Shown piece after piece: positions 10,818-24,700 of a stretch of DNA of 64,000 bases (position 1 is the stretch's first letter; the number at the start of each line of letters is the position of its first letter). Position numbers and translations under genes: made by a program. Location: positions 1 through 64,000 of the forward strand of contig CBFFRP010000432.1 of the NCBI GenBank assembly GCA_965644295.1. The letters are read 5' to 3'. The notes beneath the pieces were generated by a model. That model was not told where the DNA came from. It saw only the letters and a program-made list of their open reading frames with translations, and did not search any database. This DNA is from Paraphysomonas bandaiensis. Lineage: Eukaryota > Protista > Chrysophyceae.

Positions 10818-11879
10818 TCAACTAATTGTTACAAACATTTTATATTTGTTCACTATTACGACTGTCCTCTTCGCTCTTTAGAGATGCAGACTTGGCAAGC
10901 TGATAGAAGACATACCTAGAAAAAATATTCAATAATATATAACAGACAAAGAAAACTCTCATAAATTCTACCTGAAGTCAAATCGCTGTTCATACCAGTA
11001 ATTCACAGCTACTGTGACCTTCGACTGTGTGACTTGGTGGTACCACATGGCAGGAATGTAGAGGGTCTCCCCCGCTCTAACTCGAACACGGATAGGGTGT
11101 GTGTGTTTCAAAGATGGATGCTCGGTGAGAGCAGAGAGTGAGTCTAAGTCGGCGTCAATCCAAGGTATACGCGACGCAGGACATCCATCAGAGGTGACAC
11201 ATATATCACTGACTTTAGGACGAGCACTGGAATTGTAAGGCAAGGAATAGCGAAGAGTAGGGTATTCACACTCACTAAGGAAAGCGATGTCCGTAGGTGG
11301 TAGTAGAGTGAACACCTTTTCACCACTTACAACCACGTACAAGTTCTCAAAGTGGTCTTTATGTAGACTTGAGGTCGACCTTTCATCCCCAATCCAGAGG
11401 TTCACCGCCTCAGCAGACCGGCAACCAAAGGCATCATCTGCCAGTGAAAGTGACTGCTCTATGTCGTCTAAGAGTTCAGGAAAATGCTTAACCAAATTAT
11501 TATCTTGCTGGGACAAATACGGTACAGCATCATCTGGCTCTCTATTACTAAGCATCTTACAGAAGTCAGATATCGCCATATCCACAGCTGCCGGGTACAC
11601 GAAATGGTCGACTCCATCATGAGAAGTAATTGCATCGCCTTTGCCATTTGGCGTAATGTTGATTTCACTACGCATGTCTCCGCAGCGTGACTCAAAGTAA
11701 CTTAATGACCACTTACTCATTGCCGGCCATTCATCAGCTAGATTATTGATGATTACTGGATGCCAGGCAGAAACACCGTCCCTAAGAAACCGCAACGGGT
11801 CAGCATCCATACGAGGAATATTTTCAGTGACCCAAAAGTCGCCAGAATTCTCACTCAACTCTTTCGTACATGTTGTCAT
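10818..11879 (-). CDS. JMJD7: JmjC/cupin-like lysyl hydroxylase, JMJD7-like (2 exons)
   Basis: ITPNGKGDAI, YLSQQDNNL, NLWIGDERSTSSLHKDHFENLY (HxD), LYIPAMWYHQV, AVNYWY. An intron at ~10917-10971 joins RFDFR to YVFYQL. Confidence 0.88.
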
Positions 11880-12446
11880 TTACTCCCAACACTAGTTTTC
11901 CTGTACACAAGCTTATCAGTCTATCGTGATAGTGCTACAATGGGAAGTAGATACATACGATTATGCAATATGTTATAGTTTTTCACCTCCACTGTTATAT
12001 TCTCAGTGTCTTCAGGCTGATGCTATATTCTCAAGGTTTCTTTTATATCGTCGTGTCTTAAGTACTCATCAATAACTGCATAGTAAGCAATCGTCAAGCA
12101 AGATGTATGAGCATGATGGAGAGTTGCATAGAAACGACACGAGAAAATGATTGGCTGAAATACTATTGGGACAAACCGCCGAATATAGCATACTCTACAG
12201 TGGAACATTACGTCAGTAAATCAGATCATTGGAAAAGTACGCATGTGTACGTAATTGTACTGCGTGTCTGGTCATCAATTAAAAATCGGGTTTATTCTAT
12301 AGAAATTATAGATAATTGATACATAAATATCGGAAAATAGGGAGTATTTAGAAGACTGAAGGGAGGTTATTTTAACACATTGGAGCGAAGTGATCGTTCG
12401 TCTTATTCGTGGCACTATTAGCAACATGCATTATCACCATAACAGA

Positions 12447-12509
12447 GTGTGATCACTATGTTCGCAGTTGTGTGAGGGTGTGATCACTGTGTTCGCAGTT
12501 GTGTGATCA
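12447..12509. repeat. 31-bp tandem duplication
   Basis: gtgtgatcact(a/g)tgttcgcagttgtgtga at 12447 and 12478. Confidence 0.85.
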
Positions 12510-12556
12510 ATACACATTTCAATGGTATTACTGTGTTCTCGATTGAAGATCCACTG

Positions 12557-13690
12557 ATGAAAGGTACACAAAGGGACAGTGGAGCACAGGGGAGGCACGA
12601 CTATACACTATCATCCAACCAGAGACTCGTTGATGTTATAAAGTATGGAATAACAGTAACTTCCCAAGTATCAGAGTTTGAAAGAAGTTTTATACGTGGA
12701 ACTCGTGTGTTTGCAGCCATCGATAACTCGAAGATATTCGATAGTTGGTTGGCCTCGTTAACATATTCAGACGGTGTTGTTATGAGTATGTGGAAGCCTA
12801 TAACAGGCGAGACAGTTGAATTACACATGACAAGAGTCAGACATGTGGAAGCTATGGACTCTGAAGATGTGCTATTAGTAAATTTATCCAACACACGAAA
12901 CATTAAATTCGAGGCAAGAGATCGAAACTACCGACAGCAGCTACAAAATCTCTTCGATATTTTTTTAAACCCGAGCTCCATTTGTAGCTCATGTAGCATT
13001 AACTGTAATAGAGAGGATCGCTGTGAATCTGACAGTGGATTTATAGTGATTCCAAAGCATTTCAAAACCACACCCTCCCACTTTACCTTCAGTTCACGGT
13101 CTTCGTTGCCAATACAGTCTAAGTCTGTTTCTTTGGCGCCCCTCACTTTAAGGGTTTCTGAAATGAACCCAGTGATAGACAGTAAGGATGAATCCTCTCT
13201 GAGAAGGCGTTTTTTCTCGCCTTCCAGTCTATTGGAGACGTTGAAAAAGAAACTTCATATGTCATGTTACAACTGCCATTCACGTAATTCCTCATTATCA
13301 CCATTACGTGAAGAAGTGTGGAAGTCAATGCTTGAAAATCCCAGTCAAATTAATCGTCCTCCGTCTCCAACAGCTGAATATGACAATGATACGTGCTGCC
13401 AGACATATTTCACACTATCTGACTGTCAAGAACCTTCATGTTGTGACACTGCATCAACTACTGTAGCAACAGATAAACTACAAACTCTAATTTCTCGCAG
13501 CACTATGGTGCACAAGATGGATATGAAAAGTGGTGGCGTTGTCCGAAGGACTAGATCCAACAGTATTGCCTCAGATACGACTAATCCGGATATGATTAGA
13601 GAAATGGAAGTGTCCTCAGATTCCACAAATCCGGATAAGATTAGAGTAGTGGCATTGGACACGCTAACTAGAGTTGAAGATAACGACTGA
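12557..13690 (+). CDS. Hypothetical single-exon protein with possible N-terminal PH-like fold and Ser/Thr-rich tail
   Basis: Long uninterrupted ORF, first ATG at 12557. Pattern YGITV...MW...LHMTRVRHV...NIKFEARD...QQLQNLF resembles a PH fold. Internal repeat SD(T/S)TNPD(M/K)IR. Confidence 0.65.
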   Translation: MKGTQRDSGAQGRHDYTLSSNQRLVDVIKYGITVTSQVSEFERSFIRGTRVFAAIDNSKIFDSWLASLTYSDGVVMSMWKPITGETVELHMTRVRHVEAMDSEDVLLVNLSNTRNIKFEARDRNYRQQLQNLFDIFLNPSSICSSCSINCNREDRCESDSGFIVIPKHFKTTPSHFTFSSRSSLPIQSKSVSLAPLTLRVSEMNPVIDSKDESSLRRRFFSPSSLLETLKKKLHMSCYNCHSRNSSLSPLREEVWKSMLENPSQINRPPSPTAEYDNDTCCQTYFTLSDCQEPSCCDTASTTVATDKLQTLISRSTMVHKMDMKSGGVVRRTRSNSIASDTTNPDMIREMEVSSDSTNPDKIRVVALDTLTRVEDND

Positions 13691-14054
13691 CATGAAATTA
13701 ACGGCAGGACTTCCTCTAGTGACTCAACCTCGTCACTATTGAATTGAATCAGTATCATTTTGTGCTAACTAGCGCGCTCATATTTTCAATTGACTTATAT
13801 TCACAATAATATCACTGATAAGCCCAGTGAGTGACAATGTTTAATATGGTTACACTTTTGAAAAATTTTCTGAATAAAGAGTAGATTACAGAAGTAAGAA
13901 GTGAAAAATTTAGAGTAGTTATTCTTGACATATAAAACGTAATTGCGTGGTCGTCAGAGACGTGGTAATAAAATGAAAAATAGAGCTTCCAGTGGTGTTG
14001 GCTTCGCATGATGTTGTAGCCTGGCTGCAACACTATATGGATTGGTATTATATA

Positions 14055-14289
14055 TTAAAAGTCTTTTTATTTAGCAATAGGCGTTAAAAACCTGTACCAA
14101 TGTAGTGGCTAGTTGATGGATTGGTGTTATAGTTAACGGAAGTGGTTGCACCTTGGTGCTAAATTGTAGGATAATAGAATTTGTGCTGATTAGTTATGGG
14201 TAGAGGTCTAACTAGTAGAACTAGCATACCATTAGCCACTATATTGGAACGAGTTCTTAGCGCCTATTGCTAAATAAAACGACTTTCAA
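14055..14289. mobile_element. MITE family A, full-length (~235 bp, ~60-bp imperfect TIRs, TA flanks)
   Basis: Left end ttaaaagtctttttatttagcaataggcgttaaaaacctgtaccaatgtagtggctag matches the reverse complement of the right end, ttgaaagtcgttttatttagcaataggcgctaagaactcgttccaatatagtggctaa. TA on both sides; no ORF. Confidence 0.85.
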
Positions 14290-14634
14290 TAATGGTGTTA
14301 TAGATTCAAAATTTTTGTGCAATAGCATGATTACGCACCGTGACTTCACTTTAAAGTATAAAGGATACGTTCTCTAAGTCAAGGAAAACCTCAAATCAAG
14401 AGCACATCAAACTTTTAGGACATAGTTCTACGTGTTAAGAGTAAACGATATCGTGTAGTACCAGATATCTCTAAAGTGTAATTGCTTTGAGGTAACTATC
14501 TTGTGAGAAATTACTGCTTGTGTAGTTCTGTGTTTCTGAATTACATGCTAGTGGTCCAGGAAAGAGAGGTAAGCATCGTGAATACAGTGACCTCGTTAAT
14601 TAAATAATAAAGATATGCGACGTAAGTACACATT

Positions 14635-15475
14635 TCATAGCTCACTGCGTGGAGATCGTACCAGCCATGTCGTGTTTCCATTGGAGTCAGTGGAGACACT
14701 AATCATGCTGCCACTTGCCGGCCTTGACGACGGGTCTGAAATTTATGATAAATTAATGGCAAAACTAAAGAAGTTTAAAAGTAAACTCACCTGTGATGAA
14801 GTCAACACATTTCTGTGATATCTCTTCAGGCTGCCGGAAATTAGAAATGTTAGCTTTCTATCCTAAATAATTACATGCACTACCCACCTTAGTCCAGGAT
14901 TTGTGGTCCGCATCTGGCATAGCTTTTCTGTTGGACGGTGTGTCGATGACGCTGGGAAGAATAGCAAATGCACTGGCAGACTTGTTCTTAAATATCGGGT
15001 CTTTGACGAGGTTGGCCAGCATGTAGTGAGTGGAAACTTTACTAATGCCATACCCTACCATCCCAGGGCACTCCTGCAGAGCTGCTTCCGCTCCGGTCAG
15101 TACCAACACCCCTTCGTTCGTTAAATGCTTTACAGATAAATTGGATGCAAGTGCGGCGGTCTCTAAATTCATCGCATACATTTTTTGCAACACCGTGAGA
15201 AAATTGTCATCGCCAATGGAGCCTCCCATCCATCCACCAGCGGCACAATATACCCCCGACACTTTATAATCCTTCAAATATGCTTCAAGGTTAGTAGACA
15301 CATTGCCATACTGTGAGGCAAGACACCGATTTCCGTCAACGATCAAATTGTGCCCAGCATCGTCATTTTTCAATATATCGATAGATATCGGCAGAATTGA
15401 TTTACTTTTTAAGTTCTTGATGATTGATTTCCCTAGAGCACCAGCTCCGCCGATAACTATAGCACTTGCTTGCAT
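14635..15475 (-). CDS. QDPR: Dihydropteridine reductase (3 exons)
   Basis: VIGGAGALG, CAAGGWMGG, MVGYGISK (YxxxK), LPSVIDTPSNRKAMPDADHKSWT. Spliced tail PEEISQKC...RPASGSMI. Confidence 0.93.
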
Positions 15476-15808
15476 ATTTACTTTTATTTCTTATGGACCT
15501 TAACCTTGTTTACTGTTCTGTTGTTCTACGAATGTTTGATCCTCATGCATACATGCATAGGGCTATCTATGGTACACACAACACCAGAGCAGAACACACG
15601 TACAGCAGGAGTATATCCTGCAGAGTATCTGCTGCAGCCGTAGTGCAAGAAATACGGGCTACATACAACGGCAGGTCAGTCCGGTGCGACGGTAGTTTCA
15701 GCTCAACTTCACCAAATCGAGAAACATCTGCCATATTTCCTGGTTTTCTTCACCAAAGTGGGATTTACAGTGTATAGATTTTCCAGTATTTTCTGTATAT
15801 ATATAAAT

Positions 15809-18800
15809 ATGGTGAAATTCAAAATATGTATGGCATTAACTGCTTAATGAACATGCATAGCTGGAAGATTCAGTATATTGTTATCCACTGAACCATTTTC
15901 ATACTTTCCTGCCGGATAGATGACAGTTATCGTGACATTGTAAGCTTATTTTATTATATATTTGATATGTACATGGACGACTTCTTGTCTTCTAGTTTAA
16001 TTGAGGCGCTGCAGTTGTTTTGGTATGTATTTGTATCGTATATATATATGATTTCTAAGAATTATTTCCACAGCAAGTTGAGGCTGAGAGATGCAACTTC
16101 ACTCCAGTTACTCGATAACGATGAAGTTGAGAAAGTCGTTGAGTGTATCAAAGAAGATGATACTGAATTTATGGATAGCGCTGATCCGAGTGTGATATGG
16201 AGTGCGATCATCAGTGGCTTTTCGGCTGTACCCATTCTAGATATATCAAGTTCCAACTCGACTACTGATGATATTGTCAATGATCTGTCTGAAAATTATA
16301 AGAGAGCATCTGGATCATTGTTATGCACTTCTGAGTTGTTGATTGAGTTCCATCCCCGAAATGCACAGGTTATTGTCCAGTCCCTCTACAAAGCCTTGAT
16401 ATCTCCAGTCCTTTATGGACACTCTAACACCACAACGTTTTTGTTCAATCTTTTGCAGGATTACAAGATGTACTTCCCCTACATGTACACTTTCTGTCGG
16501 CGTATTGGACGTAGTCCGAATATGACACTACAGCAGTGGCGCGAGGCACTGTTTCCAGATATGCCCGAAACGGAGAATAATGTTCAAGCCCTGACGGCGG
16601 ACTGGGACATGTCTGGTCTTGAAGAGGGGGAAGATTCGGATGGTGAGGATCAGGCGTCTCTTAAAGCCACTGCACTTTCAGCAGTATCTCCCAAGCCAAA
16701 GCGCGCCACTCGCATGAGCTCTCTATCACGACGGTCCCCACAGAAGCAGACTATAAAAGACACTCAGGAAGTACGGAGTAGGCACAGAAGCGATTCTGCT
16801 GATGTGCTGATGCAGACTATGTCATCAACGGACGACATGGTGATGGAAATACAAGATATGTCGTTTGGATCCGTGACCTCGGATCAGGGAAGGAGTGTAC
16901 CTTCCCATCGAGGTGCACGAGATGTCGGTAGTCCCATCCATCAGCAATCCAGACATCAATACAGGGAACGAGAGGGATCAAGTAGCACATCCCAGGGCGG
17001 TAACGAGGAGGTTACTTTGGAAGATTTGAGAGCAGCGTTTGAACAGAGTTTAGACGAAGACTCTGATCTGGCAGAGAAAGGGTCAGTTTTGAAATTTATT
17101 CACGCTGACATCAATTCATTATCTTCTGTGTCTGCAGCAAACTAGCTCGTAACTTGCGTTATAATGCCGGTATACCATCCGTTGCTGCTGCGGTTCAACG
17201 TTTTCATGATATCGAGATATCATGGGATGAACTGAAAGATCTTGCGGGGCCGTACATTAAAAGTGCGTATAAGTATGTGTTGTCTAGATGGAGTGTAATG
17301 TGTCAACAACAGAATCTCCTCCGCTGTTGAATGTCCGGGACGATATATCCGACGTTCATGAAGACATTCCTGACATAATTGAATACCATACGGACAAGAA
17401 TGTTAGTCATGAAACGTCGGGCAAGAACTTGTACCGTTCGGAGTGGGCTAACACACGAGTTTATCACAATGTTCAAGTAGAATCTGTGGAGGGCCTTCCT
17501 CAGGAAAGTCTACAATCTTCTAATCTGCCTACAACTGCTATGGACAAACACAGTGATGTGGACCAGCAAACTTCCCCGTATCTATCTATTCCCAAGCAGC
17601 CCCCTCAGCCACAGATGAGTCCCCTTCAGATTGGAGAATATCTGTTTCGCGAAGCCGATAGAAATGCTGACGGTACGATATCTCAATTAGAGCTGATAAA
17701 GTCTCTTCGCAGTCATCCAGATCTTGCAAAGGTAGTGTGAACAATTCTATATTTTTTTGTGCTAACTACCTGATAGCGTTTGAAACTACCAAGTAAAATA
17801 CGACAGGAAGATGGGTCCAGGGACGATTTCGTTGAATGTTTCCACGCAATGGATACTAACGAGTCTGGTGCTATCTGTTTGGACGAGTTTCTGCAATTTT
17901 TACGTGAAAACAGCAGTGAATACTCCAGCCATCGCCCACAGCCTTCAAAGACGGTGGGGTTGCTACCAAGTAGTCGCTGGGAGGACAAGCAGGGCGGTGT
18001 TGCATCTAGGCGGGAAGGCGGTTGGGCAGGAGGGGATGCAGACCGTCCTAACCTCACACGTCTCTCCGCTACATCAGAGGATATCCTCGGTGCCAGTGGG
18101 GGACGCCAGCGAGGCGGTAGTCCTATGAGAGATACAAGGAGCACTGATGCTGATCGGTTAAGTTACGAGTCCGCGGTAGCATCACCAATGGCATCAGCGC
18201 AGAATGGACGGTCCGCCGCTTCATCACCTGTCGCACATCGGGGCGAGCTCTATATCGATACTGGATCAAATCCACCGGGACAGGAGAATTTACTCGCACA
18301 GTCTATGCCAAATATTATGCGCGCTGACCCATCGATAAACTCTCGAAATAACCCTGGAAAAAACTCCGTTCCTTCAGAAGAACGTTATAGACACAGCAGG
18401 TTGCCAGCAAACGCACGGTCTGCAAGTCCAGTGGGATGGGAGGCAAGTCGCCGCCCCCCGCTACACCGCGGAGCATCTGCGGGTGATGAGCATGCTCTAT
18501 TTAAGAAGGGTCAAAATGTACCAGCAGAAGATGTCAAAATCCCATCACCAGACAAGCACCACCCTCCTCCCCCAACTGAACTTGGTGCCGAAATGCATGT
18601 TATCTTGGAGGGCTTTTTAGAGAAAAAGTCTACAGTGACCGGAATGTATCAGAAGGTCTTATTTATTGTTGTCGGCAATGTATGATCATACTGAAGTGTG
18701 TCATAGAGATACTTTGTACTAGCATTCGGAAGTATACTGAGCAATGCGATGCCGTTGTCTCGTGGGCATACCAGTCGCATTGAGTTGAGAATTTTTAAGA

Positions 18801-19372
18801 AATATATAGAATCTGCATGGGGTACCGTTCCAATAGGGGTAAGCAGCGCATATCCTATAATTGTGAGGTTTGAACCACTGTATGTACAGCTTACGCGGGT
18901 GATTGACATCGAATCGATAGAAGAAGTAACTGCACTGCCCAACAAGAAAAAGATAGGTACGTTGGAAATGTGTTGATACATATGCGTTTCACCACATAGC
19001 AAATGTTGCAGATACCATATTCACTATCAGGGAGCGTCTTAAGACGGCCACAAGTGCCTCCAGAGAGCTTCTCAAGAGCAATGACAGGCCCGTTGACCAA
19101 TCTCTGGATGGAAAAGACGAAAATGTGATAAATGTCGAGCGCCAAGATAGTATGGATAGCGCATGTAGTGACCATCAATGGACTGGGAAAAATCGCGTAA
19201 CTACTCTTCGTGCGACTGATCCCGAGGTGAGAGTATTTGTTTTTGGTATCACATTGGAAATGCGATTGACGTTGATTATTATTAGGCAAGATTATTATGG
19301 ATAAATACTCTACGCAAAAGTATGGGTATTGTGAACAGAAGTCGATTATTGCACCAGACCACTGGGAATTAG
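15809..19372 (+). CDS. Multi-exon protein with an EF-hand pair and a C-terminal PH domain (5' exons uncertain)
   Basis: EF loops DRNADGTISQLE and DTNESGAICLDE. PH motifs ILEGFLEKKS...QK|RYFVL, VIDIESIEEV and final helix ARLLWINTLRKSM, joined across GT-AG introns. Confidence 0.75.
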
Positions 19373-20157
19373 CAGCCTCTATTCATGCTTGATGAGTGGA
19401 TGTTAACACTAGTATATAATGATATTGTCTTTTGTACGTGGTTTATAATGTAATTTATATGCAATTTATATTGGCCGTCGTGAAAGATATTTTCATGTGC
19501 GAAATAATGGTACAGTAGACAGACAGCAGACAGTATCAAATGATGGTAGAGCGTAGAGCTATATTTTTTAACTGGCCTGGTCATCTTTTTAAAATTCTAG
19601 TTTTCTAAACTATGTTCGAAATTGAAGTATATAATCACAAAAATACTGTGAATTTGAATTTAAAGCAATAGAGATCTGAATAGTCACAAAGAGGCTCAAC
19701 CATCTACGAATTTAGAACAGCTGAAACATTTTTATGCAAGAATATATATATTTTTATACATGCACTACGTAGAAATTTATGTGAGTTTTAGGTAATATAC
19801 TTTTGCTTGTAGTTGACACTGTCCGACTTGTGAACTGCTGTAACGGAATACCAAAAAATATTGCAATATCAAATACTTGCTGTGTGTGGACAGTTGTAAA
19901 ATGCATCTACCTTGTAGAGTGTAGAGTACAGCACTTTATCTACATGCCCCATCGTAAAATTTTATAACAGCATCATAATATTAATCGACATTAGTATGAA
20001 ATTATATCAGTGTACCACACATACATAGCTTTAAAATATTCTCCGTTCCAACCACAAAGGCCAAATTCAATGAAGAACGTCATTATAGACAAAAATCTGC
20101 ATCTATATCCATAGCACTCCATACCTATCACCGCATCTGACTAATGATGTACATAGG

Positions 20158-20843
20158 TTACGCCTCATTCAGAAGATTTTCCAACTTATGTAGTGCTTTA
20201 TTCCCTCTGCTATTGTGTGATTGCGGTTGTGATTCATCGGTCGAAGACGAGGATGCGGCTTGCGAGCGGAGGACACGCGTTGGTCTTGGTCCACCTTTCC
20301 ATGAGCTTTCTACGACCTGGACGATTCCCTCCAATGATGAGAGACGACTATCAAAATCTTTGGAGAGATTGCTCATCTGGTTCGCCATCATATCCAACTT
20401 TTCATTAATTTTCATGACTTTCGCATGATATCTCCCATCACCACGCTTGCGACCTTTTCCCTTAGATTCCGCGGCTATACAGGGAACAGTGCTGTAGAGC
20501 AACATCAAAAAGGCATAAAAACATAGGCTCGACGCTACCTGAGCTTTTTGGACCACATATTCTTTGCAGTGTCAATTATCTAGAATCGTAGTAGACATAT
20601 ATCAGATATGGAGTACTAATATACGACGAGTTTACCTTTGTCTTTTCTAACTCAATATCTTTTAGGGTCTTGTTTATTTCAGATTTAATATTATCAATAT
20701 CGTGATCTACGATACACAATCAGATAACAACACGACTTATTCGCGTATATATATATCTAACCATCCGATGTGAATACATATCGTGATGAGGCTGATATCT
20801 TTTTCAGGACACTTGAACGCATCTTCGACAGCCATTTTTCAGT
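20158..20843 (-). CDS. Hypothetical multi-exon coiled-coil protein (5' end may extend to an ATG at 21030)
   Basis: Exons splice in frame: TEKWLSKM...SD|DHDIDNIK...EKTK|IIDTAKNMWSKKLS|TVPCIAAE... Heptad-like segment INEKLDMMANQMSNLSKDFDSRLSSLE. Confidence 0.55.
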
Positions 20844-21713
20844 CTAACAAAAAACATTACAAGTGTTAAGTGAGTCACGGATTGACTCTGACCGTTTTTG
20901 TATGTTTTCTAACTGTCTTTAGCTCTGATTGAATTAAACGGTCCATTATAGTGCTCACATACTTGCTGCAATAGAGTTTGGTGGCCTTTGTTCTCTTTGA
21001 ATCACTACGCGGTGTCCGACTCTTTGTCATTGCGAGTTTAAATCCTTACGGTAACCTTAAGATATCCTTACGATAACTACTTCACGTGTTGAGTAACTCA
21101 TATGGAAACAGCACATCAATTGACTGACCCATTCAAAAATAACTCCATACGTACCTATAGGCAGTACACAGTCTACAGAGTTCTCCATACTATATGATAA
21201 GCTACCTCCACTGTACAGTGGTATACGACGGTATACATGAGGAGGTGATTAACGATTATTTTATTGTATATTCAAACTCCGTGTATTCGTATCTGCTGCT
21301 GTATATACCTACAAAGTACACCTATACGGGGATATGTAAACGTCCCAGAGTATCTCGTATATAGCAGTACGGTGTATGTGCAGCAGCAGTGTGTATATAT
21401 ACAGTACCTATACACGCACATACACTCTGTATGTGATATGGCGATAGATAAAACACTCTACCATACATACATAACAACGACATTGATCTAACACTAATGG
21501 ATCAAAACAACATATCCACTCCTTCTCTGCAACAAGATTATCCACATGTATCATCCCTGCGTTAGATCCGTACCTCTGATTGTATTACTCTGCCGATAGA
21601 TATACTTATAACTATAATCTACACGATCATACATACATACATACAGCTAGTAGTAATTAGGTTATAAAAAACGATTACATTTCATACGATCGAACTGATC
21701 CACCGCTGAGATT

Positions 21714-24700
21714 ATGTCTGAAAAACGAGGTAGCTTTAAGGGAGTTCCAGTTAAAGGCAGTGGTCAGAGGAACTCCATATCCAAACAGAAGAGTGAACTG
21801 AAAGCATCTTCTGGAGACAATGCGGTTACAGTTTGTGTTCGAATTCGTCCACCGAATCCGAAAGAAATAGCTGCCTCTATGAGGTCTTGTTTTGAACCAT
21901 CGGTGAGGAGATGATAGTGGTATTTTTTTTGTAAAGTGTTGATAGGAAGAGGGCGACGCTGTCATGGAAATAGACGAAGAATACTCTGGCCCTCCTAAAA
22001 CATGGCACTATGATCATGTGTTTGGACCCGCCTGTGACAATGAGTTTGTCTTTAACCGCACCGCGAAACATCTCGTTACTAACGCACTGGATGGGTACAA
22101 TACTGTCTTGTTTATGTATGGCCAAACTTCATCCGGTACAGTCTATGTCGAGTACTTTTGCTACTGCTAACCTTTCTGGTAGGCAAAACATTTACCTTGT
22201 TTGGTGGCGGCGGAATTGCAGGTCTTGTGGATCACTCATTACGGGAAGTATATGAGTGCGCTATGAATAGCCAGGACACTGAGTATGTCATCAAAATGAA
22301 TTTCGTTGAGCTGTATAATGAAGAATTAAAGGTGTGCTTCGTACCCGTGAAATACAGATTTGTTGTAATGATGTTACCAGGACTTACTTACGGATGAGCC
22401 CAAGGGTCCTCTTGGTATAGTGGACGACCCGGATCTTGGACCACTGATACAAAACATTACTGAGGTGAATTTCACCAGTGTTGACAGCATGCGTCGACAA
22501 TTGGATGAAGGTGACCAGCGAAGGCACTTTGGCGTGACAAATATGAACGCTCATAGTAGCCGCTCACATGTGATGGTGCGACTGAACATAGAATCACGGA
22601 AGGTGACGGCGCCTCCTGAAAGTCCCCTCCGGCAGAGCTGGGGCAAGGACAAACCGACCTGCTTTTCTACATTAAATCTAGTTGATTTAGCTGGATCGGA
22701 GCGTGCAAACAAGTCCGGAACATCCGGTCAAAGTTTGAAAGAAGGGAGTTTTATCAACAAATCTCTTCTTACGTTAGGTACTGTTATTTCTAATTTGAGT
22801 CAAGGAAAAACACGACATGTTCCATATCGCGACAGTAAGCTTACTCGATTGCTGCAGTCGGCTCTTGGTGGAAATGCAAAGACCTGTATGATAACATGTG
22901 TGTCCCCTGCATCTGGCAACCTTGCGGAATCTCATAGCACTTTGAGATTCGCTTCTCGCGCGAAGCAAATTGTTAATCACGTCAAGAAAAATGAATTTGA
23001 CGACGCGAAGAGCCTTGCACAGAAGTTGCTTATGAAACAGCAGGAAGTTGAGCAACTGCGAGCCGAACTGGAGCAGGGAGGTGGAGGTGGCGGGGTTTTC
23101 AAAGAAAAAGCTCTTTCGGCTCAGAGAAAGTTTAGAACTCTCAAATTTCTTGTTATGAACTCAGCACAGGTGGTGAAGTCACTGACCAAAGCGGGAAAAG
23201 TTGACCTTGCGAAACAAGTTCGGGATGATGTTCGTTGCGCGCTGGAAGGAAGTAGAAGTTTGGAGGATGTTCTTGAGGAGCACAACGAATTATTAACCAC
23301 CCACCTTGGAAACGAGCAGACATTGTTGCGCAAAATGAGTCATATTACACGAGCCAATAGTGTTGAGGCTGTGGTTGATGATGATGACATGGATAGCATC
23401 TGTGAGTCTGAAGCAGTTACGGAGTACATGGATGACTTTCAGAACGATGAATATATGGAGCAAATCGAATGTGCACTGATGATGACCGAGGACGTAGTTG
23501 TACGATATGAGAACAAAATACACAAACTCCTATTGGAGCAGCAGGTTGTCGCTTCACATGAACGACGGTATAGACAGAGTACCGAGGACTTGAATAAGAA
23601 GCTCAGTGATGCCAATGATGACCTGAAGAATGTCAGGGATGAGCTCACTGCTATCAAACATAAGCATGACAGATTTACGAAAAAGGCCAAAGAGGAAAGC
23701 AACTCATCAAAACTTGAGATTGATAACTTGACTAAGCACACGCAAAATTTAGAAGCCTTGCTAAAGGAAAAAGAAAAAATAATCGAGGACTACCTTCAGG
23801 AAATCGCAGAAAAAGATACAACTACCACTGAGCAGAAGCAGCAGATTGAAAAGCTTGAAAAGGATTTGCATGTAAGACATGGCCTGATGGTGTTATTTGT
23901 GTTAATGAAATTTTAGACTGCTAACACAATGAGGCTAAATTTTGAGAACGAGGCTAAGCGCACTCGAAATGAGTTGAGGACTCAGATGGACAGACTAAGG
24001 AGTAATATGCATAACATGCTGGAACAGGGAGATCAGGAGTCGAAGGTGCTTGAGATGCAAAATTCACTTCTCTTCAACGATTTGAAAACGGCGCAAGACG
24101 AGTGTGACTCCCTGAAACGCATCAAGTCCCAAGTGGAAGAAGAGATGAAGTATCTCAGGAAAGAGCTTTTATCAACTCAGGAGAACTCGAAAGCTGCCAT
24201 GGCAGAATCCAAAGAACTTAGACAACAGGTAAAGGTCGCTTGATTTTGATACAATTAGGCTAATAGGAGTTTTAGTGTACGAAGGCACAGCAAACCGCAC
24301 AGGTATTGCACATAGACAACGCGAAGCTTCTTGCAAAGCTTGAAGTGAGTGAAGGTGAAGCGGAAAGGCTCCGAGCTAGGGTTACCGAAGAACTAGCTAA
24401 TTACACCAAAGAGTTGGATGAGGTGTGCTGGCATGCATGTCTTGTTACCCTGCTCACCATTACTGGCAGCTCAAAAAAGAGCTTAAGTCGGAACAAGCTA
24501 AATTTAGGGCAGAGCTCGAGGACAAAGAAACTGAGCTGACAATGACGAAGGCTGAGGTGGAGCGCGCCGAAGTACTTCTTGAAGCGAAACAGACAGCTTA
24601 TGTCAAGCTGGAGCAGCAAGGACATTTCGAGATACTGAAATTGGAAAAGAAGATATCTGCTCAGGTATATATATTAGATTCGAACGGGCGGTTGTGTTCA

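Noticed and set aside
20490-20556. Apparent signal peptide of the 20158..20556 ORF
   Set aside because: The hydrophobic stretch is mostly a 47-nt GT-AG intron (gtagcg...ctacag on the minus strand).
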